From: Hydrurus foetidus
Taxonomy: Eukaryota
Assembly (NCBI GenBank): GCA_900617105.1
Contig: UYFQ01000756.1
Coordinates: 1 to 64,000, forward strand
Reading direction: 5' to 3'
DNA: 64,000 nt
Made by a program: the position numbers and the translations under genes. Below the pieces are notes generated by a model, which worked only from the letters and a program-made list of their open reading frames with translations, searched no databases and was not told the DNA's origin. This document shows positions 1 through 10,353 of this stretch, one piece after another (positions within the stretch are counted from its first letter, which is position 1; the number at the start of each line of letters is the position of its first letter).

Positions 1-278
1 GGTCCCAAACATCGCGCACGTATCTTGAGAGGGAGTTTGAAACGTTCCCTACGGCATCGCTCGATGACCTGATTAAACACGCCTTACGGGCCCTCGCCTC
101 TACTCTTTCTGGGGACACTGAACTTGACTCAAAGAGCGCATCAATCGCCGTCGTTGGAAAGAATAAAGCATTCGAAATAATCGAAGGCAGTGCCCTTCAA
201 GTGTATTTGGATGCCATCGAGGTTGGCGGAGGTAATGCAATGATTGAAGACGAAGTCCTTGAGAACCCAGAGGTCTGA
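1..278 (+). CDS. PSMA1: 20S proteasome subunit alpha-6/alpha type-1, 3' end (partial, runs off window start)
   Basis: Frame from nt 3 reads SQTSRTYLEREFETFPTASLDDLIKHALRALASTLSGDTELDSKSASIAVVGK...*, which matches the PSMA1 C-terminal motifs (SQSARTYLE..., L.KHGLRAL, VSIGIVGK). Stop TGA at 276-278. Not in the ORF track. Confidence 0.9.
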   Translation, partial: SQTSRTYLEREFETFPTASLDDLIKHALRALASTLSGDTELDSKSASIAVVGKNKAFEIIEGSALQVYLDAIEVGGGNAMIEDEVLENPEV

Positions 279-509
279 GTCAGTCGCCCCAATTGATGGT
301 ATAAACCGCTTACACTATTACTTCGTCTTCCACAATCCAGCACTCACAGAACTTCTTTTGTTATCGAAATTTTTTGTTAGCATGGTCCACATGATGCCGT
401 AACTAAAGAAATGATTTCTTTTAATGACAAAATAATTGTTTGGGTCGGTAAATTGGATGAAAATGTAAAAGGAGAAAAAAGTAGCAATGCAGGAATTTGT
501 GTAGTGTTT

Positions 510-2747
510 TTAGTCAATATGCGTTTCATCAGTGCTTCTCGCAAGCGACAGAACACTGCGCTTGACTAATTGCGATACTGATGAGCCAGCACTGTTCGTA
601 GAGATAGATCCTATCTCCACAGGGATCAGCTGGACATTCACGAAGAACACTATAGCAGTTATACAGCAGAGCGCAACTATGGCTAGAAGAATCCCTCTAG
701 GTGACTGCACCACTTCTAGGCGGTACCCTAGTATGGCTTCATCGGTGGTGATGATGACGTCAGTGACGCCGTCGCTGTCGAAGTCCCCTATGATGGGATG
801 CGCTATAGGCCGTCTAGGTATGTCAGAAGAAGCGAGGAAGGACCCGTCCCTGGACATGAGAGACATTTTCGAGTCCCCCACAATGAGCACCTGGGCGACT
901 ACGTTGTCGTGCTTGCCGAGACTGTCCACTCGTGATGCGTCAGAGTCGAAGAGGATCGCGGACCCTGATCCGGAATGGCTGGTCCCCGAGTCAACGAGCC
1001 ACTTAGGCCCCCCTCTAGTCTGCCACTTGAACTCCCCGTCAGCACCATAGCACGTGACGATACCCGTGTTGATAGCCACGACAAGATTGCTGCTCTTAGA
1101 TACTTGCAACGTCTTCTCATCTATTGTTCTTAGTATGACAGGAGAGGCAGCTGAGATGGTCGCTGGGATTGACTGACCCGCTGACAGTGCCGCTTGTCTC
1201 GCTCTTTTCGCTGCAACAGTCTCTTTCTTCTTTTTCGTGTATTCCCCTGTGTAGGAAACACTCAGAGAGTCCTGTAGCGCGTGAGACCGAGAGCACACAG
1301 TGCCGCTGAACAGCAGGGACCGAGAAGGCAACCCGCTTGACACCTTGACAGAGCAGTGCTGCAGATCCTCCTCCATGCTATCAGAGAAGGGCTTGCCGTG
1401 TCTTGATGCGTCTTGTTCATTCTCCAGCACTATAATGGTGTCCACTATTCCGTCGCCATCTAGGTCTGTATAAGACCTACCAGAGCTCATCGCCAGAGAT
1501 GTTATGGGAGACCCGCTTTTCAAGGCAATCACTTCGATGCCTTTGCTAGTGTGCATAACTATCACGTTAGGGTGGTCAGTGTGTTCTGTTGCATCGTGAG
1601 GGAGACTTGCAGACTGAGACAGAGGAGGTGTTTCCACGCCAGTAAATCTTGCTGTAGCTGCTGTAGCTTTCTTCAGAGCTCCTTTTCCATCCTTTTTAGA
1701 CGCTGCTGCTGTAGCAATTTTTGGCTTTTGGCTGGTGCGAGATTTCGATTTTGCACCACCAACATGCTGTCTTTCGAAGTGAGCCAATCTGAGAGAAGTG
1801 TCATCGGTGGAATGCCAGTCATGTGGGAGCTCAGCTATCAGAGACTGACGAAATGTTGTCCAATCAGTGATAGAAGGAGCATGATGTGAACTAGTCATCA
1901 GGTCATGCATGTTCAGCTTATAGGCAAACTCAGGAAGTCCCGTGATGAACTGTCCCGGCCTGATATCCAATCCATCGTGTCGCCATACTACATCACCACT
2001 TCGAGCATCCAGAGCATAGACACTAAAATGCTCCAAGGCAGCTAACTGACGCATCTCAGGATGTTCATATTCTCCATTCTCATTCATCTTCATCCCCTCC
2101 TCCAGAATGATCGCGTCAAACGATGAAGGATCTCGAAGCTTCATGCTGGCTCCAACAATTATCAGTCCATTTAAATCTTCACGAATACTCAATGGCGTCA
2201 GTATAACAGCAACTTCATCAATCTGAAACTTGTCGACTAGAGTAACTAATTCGTGCGTCTTGTGGGCGACGGCTTTCTCCCACAGAAGTTTTAGAGTTGA
2301 GTCGAAACAAGACACCGTCCAATCCTCCCTAACGACGACAATAACTTGACTTCGACCTTTTGTCTCGTCATATGAATCAACATAACCAGTAGATAAAGCA
2401 ACAGGGTTTCGACCTGTTGACACTCTTAGTGGAGAAAGTGATACGGATGCAATCTCTACAGGCGAGTATATCTTACTCTTATCGCCAGATGGTGCATCAG
2501 CAGAAAGGAGTTTCAGGATGAGATCATCTGCGACCTTCGAAATCATCACTATTTCCTTTTTCCCATCGCCATTCAAATCACATATGACTGGCTGTACAGC
2601 AGAACTCGATCTGTGATCGACATACCATGCAGGTTCTAGCGTGAAGGTGAATCCCGGATTGTCAAATGATAAAAAAATTGCGAGTATCGTAAGAGCAAGC
2701 ACTATAAAATCCCTCTTCCTCCACAATCCTGGCGGTGAAGCCACCAT
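510..2747 (-). CDS. FG-GAP/VCBS repeat membrane protein (plant NERD1/At3g51050-like), intronless, about 745 aa
   Basis: The 755-aa ORF has its first ATG at 2747. N-terminal RKRDFIVLALTILAIFLS signal/TM segment, DLNGDGKKE, DLDGDGIVD and GDFDSDGVTD Ca-binding FG-GAP loops, and a C-terminal TM helix. Confidence 0.8.
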   Translation of the reverse strand: MVASPPGLWRKRDFIVLALTILAIFLSFDNPGFTFTLEPAWYVDHRSSSAVQPVICDLNGDGKKEIVMISKVADDLILKLLSADAPSGDKSKIYSPVEIASVSLSPLRVSTGRNPVALSTGYVDSYDETKGRSQVIVVVREDWTVSCFDSTLKLLWEKAVAHKTHELVTLVDKFQIDEVAVILTPLSIREDLNGLIIVGASMKLRDPSSFDAIILEEGMKMNENGEYEHPEMRQLAALEHFSVYALDARSGDVVWRHDGLDIRPGQFITGLPEFAYKLNMHDLMTSSHHAPSITDWTTFRQSLIAELPHDWHSTDDTSLRLAHFERQHVGGAKSKSRTSQKPKIATAAASKKDGKGALKKATAATARFTGVETPPLSQSASLPHDATEHTDHPNVIVMHTSKGIEVIALKSGSPITSLAMSSGRSYTDLDGDGIVDTIIVLENEQDASRHGKPFSDSMEEDLQHCSVKVSSGLPSRSLLFSGTVCSRSHALQDSLSVSYTGEYTKKKKETVAAKRARQAALSAGQSIPATISAASPVILRTIDEKTLQVSKSSNLVVAINTGIVTCYGADGEFKWQTRGGPKWLVDSGTSHSGSGSAILFDSDASRVDSLGKHDNVVAQVLIVGDSKMSLMSRDGSFLASSDIPRRPIAHPIIGDFDSDGVTDVIITTDEAILGYRLEVVQSPRGILLAIVALCCITAIVFFVNVQLIPVEIGSISTNSAGSSVSQLVKRSVLSLARSTDETHID

Positions 2748-3868
2748 GACGACGTGACAGCTACGCAACTGGAGCAAGCGAAGTAAGAACTGCAGGTTGT
2801 GAGTTTCGATGAAGGTCTCGATATATCTGCAGATCGATCACGACAAAGGATCGATTCATATTTTCGCGTGGTGGGTTTTGTCATCATCATCGTACGAGTA
2901 CGAGGAAACTACATATAATACGTAGCTATTCTCATATTTTCACTACCTACTGTGTATTTATCGTAAAAATTGTAACTAGGTGTTCATGAAACTTGTCGTC
3001 AGACGCAACGCGAGCTGTTCGTGCATCCATTGTTAAACTCTTCGCATGCATATTTCGACAAATTTAGTACGTTAGGGTTAGAAGACTTCCTAATCGGTTA
3101 TGTACGCTGGTTGCCGATTCGATTGTATGTACCGGTATTCTATTTTTTTTAAACGAAAATGCAAAGCAGCAGGTCCTATAGTACTTCCCAAAGAGGAGGT
3201 TGTATGTAAAGCTACAATAACAACAGCATAATATAATGTTATATGTAATTGCGATGATTGCTCTCAGGACTATAATGACACTAGTAGATATCGTAGTCCC
3301 TGAAAGTTGCTCTGTCACGCATATTCAAACTCCAGAATTTAATTGAAAGTGCTCGCAATTTGCCGGACATTTTCCAGGCTGCAAAATAAGGAAAAAATTC
3401 CGCATGTTGACAAGAATCAATTTAGGAATCTTGCTGGGAATCTCGAAAACACGTTTCCGAGTTTACAGTGGTAATTAATCCCCCAGATGTGCTCTCCGGT
3501 AAAAAGGGCAGTTGACACGGTTGGGTAAAAAACCACAAGCACCGCTGTCATCAAATGGCAATTGGACCGAATACAGATGAATGCGACCATATATTAATGA
3601 TAAAAAATAAAACACTTAAATAAAATATCTTCTATTGCAAATTTGGAAGTTTTGCGCATCAGTTCTGTAGTTCACAACCCGTCAGTTATCAAGCAAGGTC
3701 TTAATACGATTAATGGTCCAGTCAAACGACCGCATTCAAACTCAGTGGCATAAACCCTTCTCGCTATTGATGTATACAATTCTAATTTTGACAGCAAATT
3801 TGCTCCGATTGAAGTTCAATTTTCAAAAGTGCGGAGATCAATAAGATTGCCGCTATGTATGAATGAAT

Positions 3869-4978
3869 CTACTGGCTGATTGGATGTGAATGCAGGTGAT
3901 GGGCATCAGGTACATGTGGATGCTGGTGACTGAATGGTTCGTGTTTGTGCGCATGGTTGTGTTGTCCCACAGGCATGATGTCGTGCTTGTGAAAGTGGTG
4001 CCCATCATCGTGCGAGTGTGCATGCTCATGATTTAGCTCCTCATGATCATGGTCATGCTCATGAGTCTCATACAAGTGCAAGACAACACCAACCATCATC
4101 AATGCACCACCTAGAACCAACATCCATGTGCCTTTATGTCCACCAAATGCTAATGCCCCTAGTGCTCCGATAAATGGTGCAAACGCGAACACAGAGCCTG
4201 TGCGCCCTGCGCCAAACTCACGCTGTGCGAGTAGGTACAGCCGTAAACTTAGTCCATAGCCTGTAGCCCCAATGAGGAGTAGAGCCACCGCGGCAATTAA
4301 GGCGGGAGTCGGCTCACCGTGTAGCAGCGCAATCACCGCAGTTGCCGCTGCACCCAAAGTAGCCTTCGCGAGGACTACCTGACCGGGGTCACGATCTGCG
4401 ACATCACGAGAAATTGTGTTGTCTATGCCCCAAGCGATTGTAGCAATCAGCACAGAAAGCAACCCCGATAGCTGGGCGTCACCTCGCATACCTTGCTCTA
4501 AGACCAGTGCCACTCCACCAGCGAGTAAGAAGAGCATCGCAGTGATCACCCGCAAATCCATGGTTTCGCCGTAGAGAATCCACGCCAACGAAGCAGTAAA
4601 TAGAGCCTCTAGAGTCAGCATGAGCGATGCACTAGATCCACTGGTGCGTTGCAATCCCCATGCCAGAGCAACCGGTCCAATAACTGCCCCAAATCCAGCC
4701 ATCGCAGCGATGCGCGGAAAGTCAGTGGATTGTAACGATGCTTCGAGTTCTGGGGGACTACGCATGACAATCGCGACAACTGCCGCCCCTGCGTACAGCA
4801 GTGATGCAGTGGTAAAAGCGCCGACGCCCAGCCCGAAATGTTGCACCAAAGGGGTGCTAAAGCCAAAAAGCGCTGCCGCTAAAAAAGCGAGCACGCCGCC
4901 ACGTAGAGCTGGAGACGAGATCCGGCTAGTCAGTGAATTGCCTTCTTCCGGTAAACTTGGCACCGTAGTGTAGGACAT
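3869..4978 (-). CDS. EamA/DMT-family transporter with His-rich C-terminal tail, bacterial-like, intronless
   Basis: About 10 hydrophobic helices in two EamA repeats (LAAALFGFSTP, IGPVALAWGLQ, AWGIDNTISR, TGYGLSLRLY, RTGSVFAFAPFIG). Tail HEHDHDHEELNHEHAHSHDDGHH...HPHVPDAHHLHSH. First ATG is at 4978; the ORF-track start at 5065 is GTG. Confidence 0.9.
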   Translation of the reverse strand: MSYTTVPSLPEEGNSLTSRISSPALRGGVLAFLAAALFGFSTPLVQHFGLGVGAFTTASLLYAGAAVVAIVMRSPPELEASLQSTDFPRIAAMAGFGAVIGPVALAWGLQRTSGSSASLMLTLEALFTASLAWILYGETMDLRVITAMLFLLAGGVALVLEQGMRGDAQLSGLLSVLIATIAWGIDNTISRDVADRDPGQVVLAKATLGAAATAVIALLHGEPTPALIAAVALLLIGATGYGLSLRLYLLAQREFGAGRTGSVFAFAPFIGALGALAFGGHKGTWMLVLGGALMMVGVVLHLYETHEHDHDHEELNHEHAHSHDDGHHFHKHDIMPVGQHNHAHKHEPFSHQHPHVPDAHHLHSHPISQ

Positions 4979-5669
4979 GACAGGCGTCTGTTTGGAAACC
5001 TCTCTTTCACAGAATTTCTGGAGGTGATCAGACGCTGGTGCCTTGCGCCGCTTCAACTTACCCACTGATTTCAGTTTTTCAACCTGATTCTGATAAGCAC
5101 TTCCAGCGTGGCATCCTCAATGTCTCAGTTTCTGATTGAGGCGCATTATTGTGTCTTGGGCCACGCTTTGAGGCTTGACGCTTGACAGCACCACCGCAAT
5201 ACAGTATTTATTTGCCCATTACGTGTTACATGTTACCGTCGCCGACCCTTTGCTTGCGGGGGCTTGAGTGTACATCGGTGACATTGGACCTTTTTTCGTC
5301 CAACTATTAACTTACTGTACAATATGGAACCACAACCATTCAGTTCACATTATCTCAATCATCTTTCCACGCTGTTGCAAAACGTTCTGTGATTATGAAT
5401 CTACCACTCAGTACCTCTGCTGACCAGAAAGAGAAAATTGCGAAGGTGCAAAATGGTCGAGATTTTGCTGCAAACGTAGTATCGATTACTTTTTTGCTTG
5501 ATCATGTCTAGGATCATATGATGAACAATCCGTTCGCTCTATCCTCCTACAGACACTCGTAGCATCTCATTTAGCATTACTTTCCACATAATTGCGATTG
5601 TCCGGCACGCCTGTATAAGCCCATCATTTTTGAATTAGTGATTTTAACTTTTACCACTGACTTTTGCAG

Positions 5670-8287
5670 GTTGCATCTCTCGCCATCGAATTGTGCGCTT
5701 ACTCAGTCGCAATTGCGCTGGTTTGTCGTCCTAGTCCAGTTACTAATCGTCAGTGGTCGATAACTACTCTCTGTGATGAGCTGAAATGCTTCGTCCATCA
5801 CGGAAATCATAACTTCCGATTCGATAAATTAGCTCTGCATCAAGGACTCACTATATTTAAGAAATCTATCGAGCAGTTTGGATGCACGATAGTCCTAGTG
5901 GGCTCCAAAGGATACAATAATGTAGAAGAGTTTATGGATCTGTCGGCGAAGAGTAGAGGAGCGGACATTATCTTTAAAACTGGGACATTAAGTGATCAGA
6001 CCACTCTTAACTACTTAGTTTTAGAAATTCATCGAATAGTGAATGTATTGATGTACAGAACATTCAAACTTGAGTCACAGTATGTTTCAATCAGTCAGAT
6101 TTATGGTGTTCTGTGGCTGAGACAAATGAATGATGTGTGCGAAGCATCAGAGCCGAGCAGGAAAAGGGTAAAGAAAGGGGAAGAGATAGGTTATAGGCAG
6201 ATGCTAAGATATGGAAAGCAAGTGTATGAGTATGTAGCAGACACTATTTGTGCTGTTGATGAGTCACCAACTATATACATCAATGCAGCAGTGAAAGAGT
6301 CTTCACTACGGAGCACTACCGAACTCAGAAGTGTCCGTCGTAACATCTTCATTGATGATGATGATGAAATCGATCTGGAGCTTTCACAGATTTCGCTTCA
6401 TCCCGCTGTAGTAGAGACTCTGGGTAAATTTCCTAATAAGAACATCAAATTTAAGTTGCATGAGATTCAGATGGTTATTGCGTTATTCGACTCCGTAACG
6501 ACAGCTCAAATTGAGTTGCAAGGGATAGAATACAAAGTGGATACTTATGCAACTGCTACATTCACCAAGTTGATTCTATCTAATTACACGCGTTATTCTG
6601 AGTTAGTGGTCGAATCGATCGTCAGATGGGTAATTGGTAGGGATGTTGTGAGAAAAGTATCTGGTCGAAAAATCTCAGTTGAGTTTGAGGCAGATGTCTG
6701 GGGAAAGTTAATGATATGTGAAATCGAGCAAAAAAATGTAAGTAGCACCAATTTCTATATTGTGAAATGATATTCTATTGTCAATCGCTAAATCAATATT
6801 TAATCATCATTTACACTCTAGTCTGATGTGTGCAGTCTTATCTTGTATTTCCACTCTGATATGATATGATATTGATGCACCTCGTAACAGGTCGATGGCG
6901 TGATTACCGACATTCCACGCATCTTAGTAAGCGTCGTTTACACGTATGCCATAATAGAAGAGGCTGCAAAAGCTGTGCAAGCAAGTGAGAGGTGGATTAG
7001 TGACGAAAAAATAAAAAAACTAGAGTTCAGTTCTAGATGGGTTCGGAAATTTTTAACGAGGGCGAATATGCGGAGAAGAAAAATAACAACTGACGACAAA
7101 AATGTCCCATCTGATGAGGAAATAACAAGAATAATGAATATCGGTCAAAATATGTATAGAGATTTTGGACACACAAAAGATACAACAATAAACATGGATG
7201 AAACAGCATTTACTTATGCAATAGGACCTGAGTATATGTACTGTCCACCAGATCAAAGTCGCGCGCAGAATATAGGAATACCAAATACAATGCTTCGTAT
7301 TACAGCAGTGGTCGCGGTGAGTGGAAACGGCGAATTCGTACCTTTGTTTATTATCATAAAACACTCCGTGAGCTCAGATGATAGACCTGATCAGTCCGGT
7401 ATGAGAGTAATTCAAGATCTGCATAAGAAAAATGAAGGATTTGGTGATGATAATAATTGGAAACTTATCAAATGGTCGAAGGAGTTAACGATTAAAGGTG
7501 TTACAAATATTCATGCATGCTACTACATAATTAACACTGTTACAGGCCACGTAATTACTAGCCAGTTTAAGGCATGGAATGACACTGTCAGAATGATCAT
7601 GTGGTTAGAGACTGTTGTAAAGCCCTTGAAAGAAAAGTTAGGAAAATTAATGATATGGTTTGACAATTGTGGATGTCACAAAACAAATATGGTAGATGAG
7701 GTTATTGGTGAATTAGATGTACAAATAGCCTGTTTACCACCTAACATGACAGGTGTTCTACAGGTATTAGATTTAGTCGTAAACGGACCGCTGAAAGCAC
7801 ATACTAGAAATTTAAGAGGTGCAAGAATAGTAGAAAGCTTTCAAACATTTAAAAGATTGTATGAAGAGGAAGCAGCAAAAGATGTACAAGAACGTACGAT
7901 GCCTGTTTTCCAACCCCCAAACCTAACATGTTGCAAGGTATCCAAGACCTGTTCGACCTGATTGCGGGAGCTTTCAAAGAAGAAAAATTTGTAGAAGGGG
8001 TAAAAAGATCATTCATTAGTACGGGTTGTGTTCCTTTTGATGATAGTGATGTGTCATCGCTTACATTTCAAGTGTACTCTAAACACAACATATGCGGTAC
8101 TATGAAATCAGTCCCCACAGGGACATTAGAAAACTCAAATAATGCCAATAATAAAATCAGTGATATAGAAGTTAATGAAACAAGCGATATGATCCCAGAG
8201 ATTGATTTCATGGTAGAGTATGACAACGCAATGCTAGAATATGATCATGAAATTACAGAAGCAATGAACTTTATCACAAACTTGTAA
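5670..8287 (+). CDS. pogo/DDE_1 family transposase (CENP-B-type HTH + DD35D), spliced, with a -1 frameshift near the C-terminus; 5' exons unresolved
   Basis: Acceptor TTTTGCAG at 5669. Phase-0 intron 6738-6890 (GTAAGT...TAACAG) joins ORF 5664 to ORF 6900. HTH-CENPB-like FSSRWVRKFLTR. Catalytic INMDET, WFDNCGCH and LPPNMTGVLQVLD, with 35 residues between D2 and D3. The C-terminus continues in the -1 frame (7928-8287). Confidence 0.88.
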
Positions 8288-8387
8288 ATAATAAACTTAC
8301 ATTAATTTGGAGGACGTAACTTGCTAAGAAAGCGTCCAATATCAGTAGTTTCACCAACAGACATACTTCGTGAAAGTAAGAGTTAAC

Positions 8388-8451
8388 AAACTCACCACAC
8401 CTCAAAAAAAATCACCACAAAACTCACCACACCTCAAAAAGATCACCACAA
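8388..8451. repeat. Two-copy ~32-bp tandem duplication inside the transposon, between the convergent genes
   Basis: AAACTCACCACACCTCAAAAA(AA/G)ATCACCACAA occurs twice in tandem. Confidence 0.85.
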
Positions 8452-8820
8452 CAAAGCACACTGCATGGCTGCATGCGGTGACCATTCAGGTAAGCAGTCC
8501 AGACCAATAATTATCCGCAAATACATTCTGTATTCATGTTTAAAATTTATTGTAATTAGTTGCAAAAATGAATCGTAATGTGAAATCGTTAATGGTTCCT
8601 TTGACGATAATTAATCTTTTACCTTATTATGACAGTTCATTTTTATTGCATTTTCATTGATTAGGTCTGAATAATGCATTGTCGCTTGCAAAACAAGGTT
8701 TATGATAGAAAATGCTTTAATTAAAATTCATAAATGCCGTTACATAAATTTCACAAATAAAAAGACATAAGTGTTATATGTTATCTAACGCATTACTAGA
8801 CAAAAAGTGATTCGCTGAAG

Positions 8821-9629
8821 TTACAATTCACTCTCGTTGAAGAGGGATAGCAGTTTAAGATTGAACTCCATGGAGTTGCTACTCATGACAACAACATGCA
8901 AAGAGTAACCGTTTCGGGCATGCGTGGTGTCGTTATCACGCAAAAAGCAGTCAAACGTTACTGTATGTAACATGTTTGTGTCATGTAGTGTGTCAATGAT
9001 GGGTGAAAGTTTGACTGAAGTTTCTCTGCGAAGGTGTCCAATATGCTCTCCTGTTTCGTATGAACCACGATTGGGGCCTTCCATATTCCGAGGCGCACGG
9101 ACTTGGATGCAATTCGAATCTGATCGGTGACATGTAAGTAACATATTAGTCCATATGAGTTAGTGAAGAGCTCGGGGTTCTATCTACGGAGCGGTCGATG
9201 AAGAGTGCACAGTAGATAATCACTAAAACAAAGTACCACTGCTTTTCAGAGTGTATGAAGCACTTCAAGCATGAAAGGGGTGCACATCCAAGAGTTTACT
9301 GCACAACTACTCAACAAGATAGAATTTGTGATGCTAAAAACTCTAAGTAAGAAATATGAATAAAATTTTGCCAGCGTTTTATCCTAGCAGCATTTTCGGT
9401 TTAATCAGATGGAGTTAAAAGTGCAGGCATAATTGATAGGATAAATTTCCCGACAGACGCTCTACCAAAGACGTAGAATATATCGCTCTCCTCCAGGCAA
9501 GGTAAGCTCACCGTGACAGTTGCTCGCATTGCGCCTCAACTGGCACAGAGATCCCTTCCGTACTTTGATGTCCTTGTCCAGAGCAAACAGTCCAGTGGCT
9601 TGACAGTCGAAGGCAAATATTTGGATCAT
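8821..9629 (-). CDS. Stand-alone HIRAN-domain protein (~138 aa), two exons, inside the transposon
   Basis: Exon 9629-9512, intron 9511-9120 (GTGAG...CAG) and exon 9119-8821 give MIQIFAFDCQATGLFALDKDIKVRKGSLCQLRRNASNCHDSNCIQVRAP...GEHIGHLRRETSVKLSPIIDT...NGYSLHVVVMS. This is colinear with the HLTF HIRAN pattern (GL..., L.R...N..D.NAI.V, G..VGHL....A..L...MD, F...LHM). A short extra upstream exon from ATG 9717 is possible. Confidence 0.78.
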
Positions 9630-10353
9630 CGCTGAAAAGCAAGGTGATAGGGGGAAACATCATTTAGAAATCAGTCGCATAACTTGCCGTGCCGGAGATT
9701 CTAAATACTGGTTGCATTTTGTTTTTAGAAGATGAATTACGCTGCAGTTGGACATCCAAGGAATTGGTGTCTATCTTGTGGAGCTCATCGCTCACCTCGA
9801 CTAAAATGAAGGCTGTTTCCTCCAAAGCCTCTCAGATTTGATTCCGGTCTTCAAACAAAATTTCCCACTGTGGCTTGGTTGACAATAAACAGACCCTCAA
9901 TTTGCACCACTCAACCCTTGATGAGACGCTGAAATGGTTGTGCAGTAATGTGGAGAGTGGAGTGAGTCGATAAGTTGCTATGTACCAGCTTTCGGACAAA
10001 AAAAAGTTCCAATGTCACCGAGATTCCGCAAACAAAGGGTCGGCGACGGTATACAGAACACAGTTTACATTTTACAGGTAAATACGCATATACCCTCTGT
10101 GTTGTCCAATATATTATGTACGCTCAAAATACAAAATATCGACCAATATTCAGAATATTCTCCACTTCAATGAGACGGTATACAACTCGAGCAAAGGTAG
10201 GTGGTATATACAAAGATACAAGCAAGGCCCTTGGTATATAGGTAGAATCGTCCATATTTTACCACTGCATCGAAACTTGATTGACACGACCAATTTTCCT
10301 TTCTTTCGATCTAGCGACTTAATTTCCTTCGAGCAAAAGGAGACATCATAAAA

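Larger units (their letters stand above)
5236..10049 (+). mobile_element. pogo-type (Tc1/mariner-related, DD35D) DNA transposon, 4814 bp, TA target-site duplication, carrying a transposase and a HIRAN gene
   Basis: Left end TA|CCGTCGCCGACCCTTTGCTTGCGG (TA at 5234-5235). Right end CCGCAAACAAAGGGTCGGCGACGG|TA (TA at 10050-10051). The outer TIR is 23/24 identical, and a second inner IR block TCGGTGACATTGGA.C(T)n.GTCC lies at 5275-5301 and 9994-10021. An internal DDE_1 transposase is present. Confidence 0.93.

Noticed and set aside
532..1050. Antisense ORFs over real genes (also 4620-4973, 36778-37515, 43939-44379, 57300-57929)
   Set aside because: Shadow frames of well-supported genes on the opposite strand, with no independent motifs.
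9718..9960. Minus-strand frame open for about 80 codons upstream of the HIRAN gene with one TGA (9834-9832)
   Set aside because: No upstream ATG and no recognisable domain; probably UTR/promoter or decayed sequence. No evidence for readthrough or selenocysteine.
8300..10000. Possible Fanzor/TnpB cargo or guide RNA in the right half of the transposon
   Set aside because: No RuvC or zinc-ribbon motifs were seen; the coding signal is explained by the HIRAN gene.
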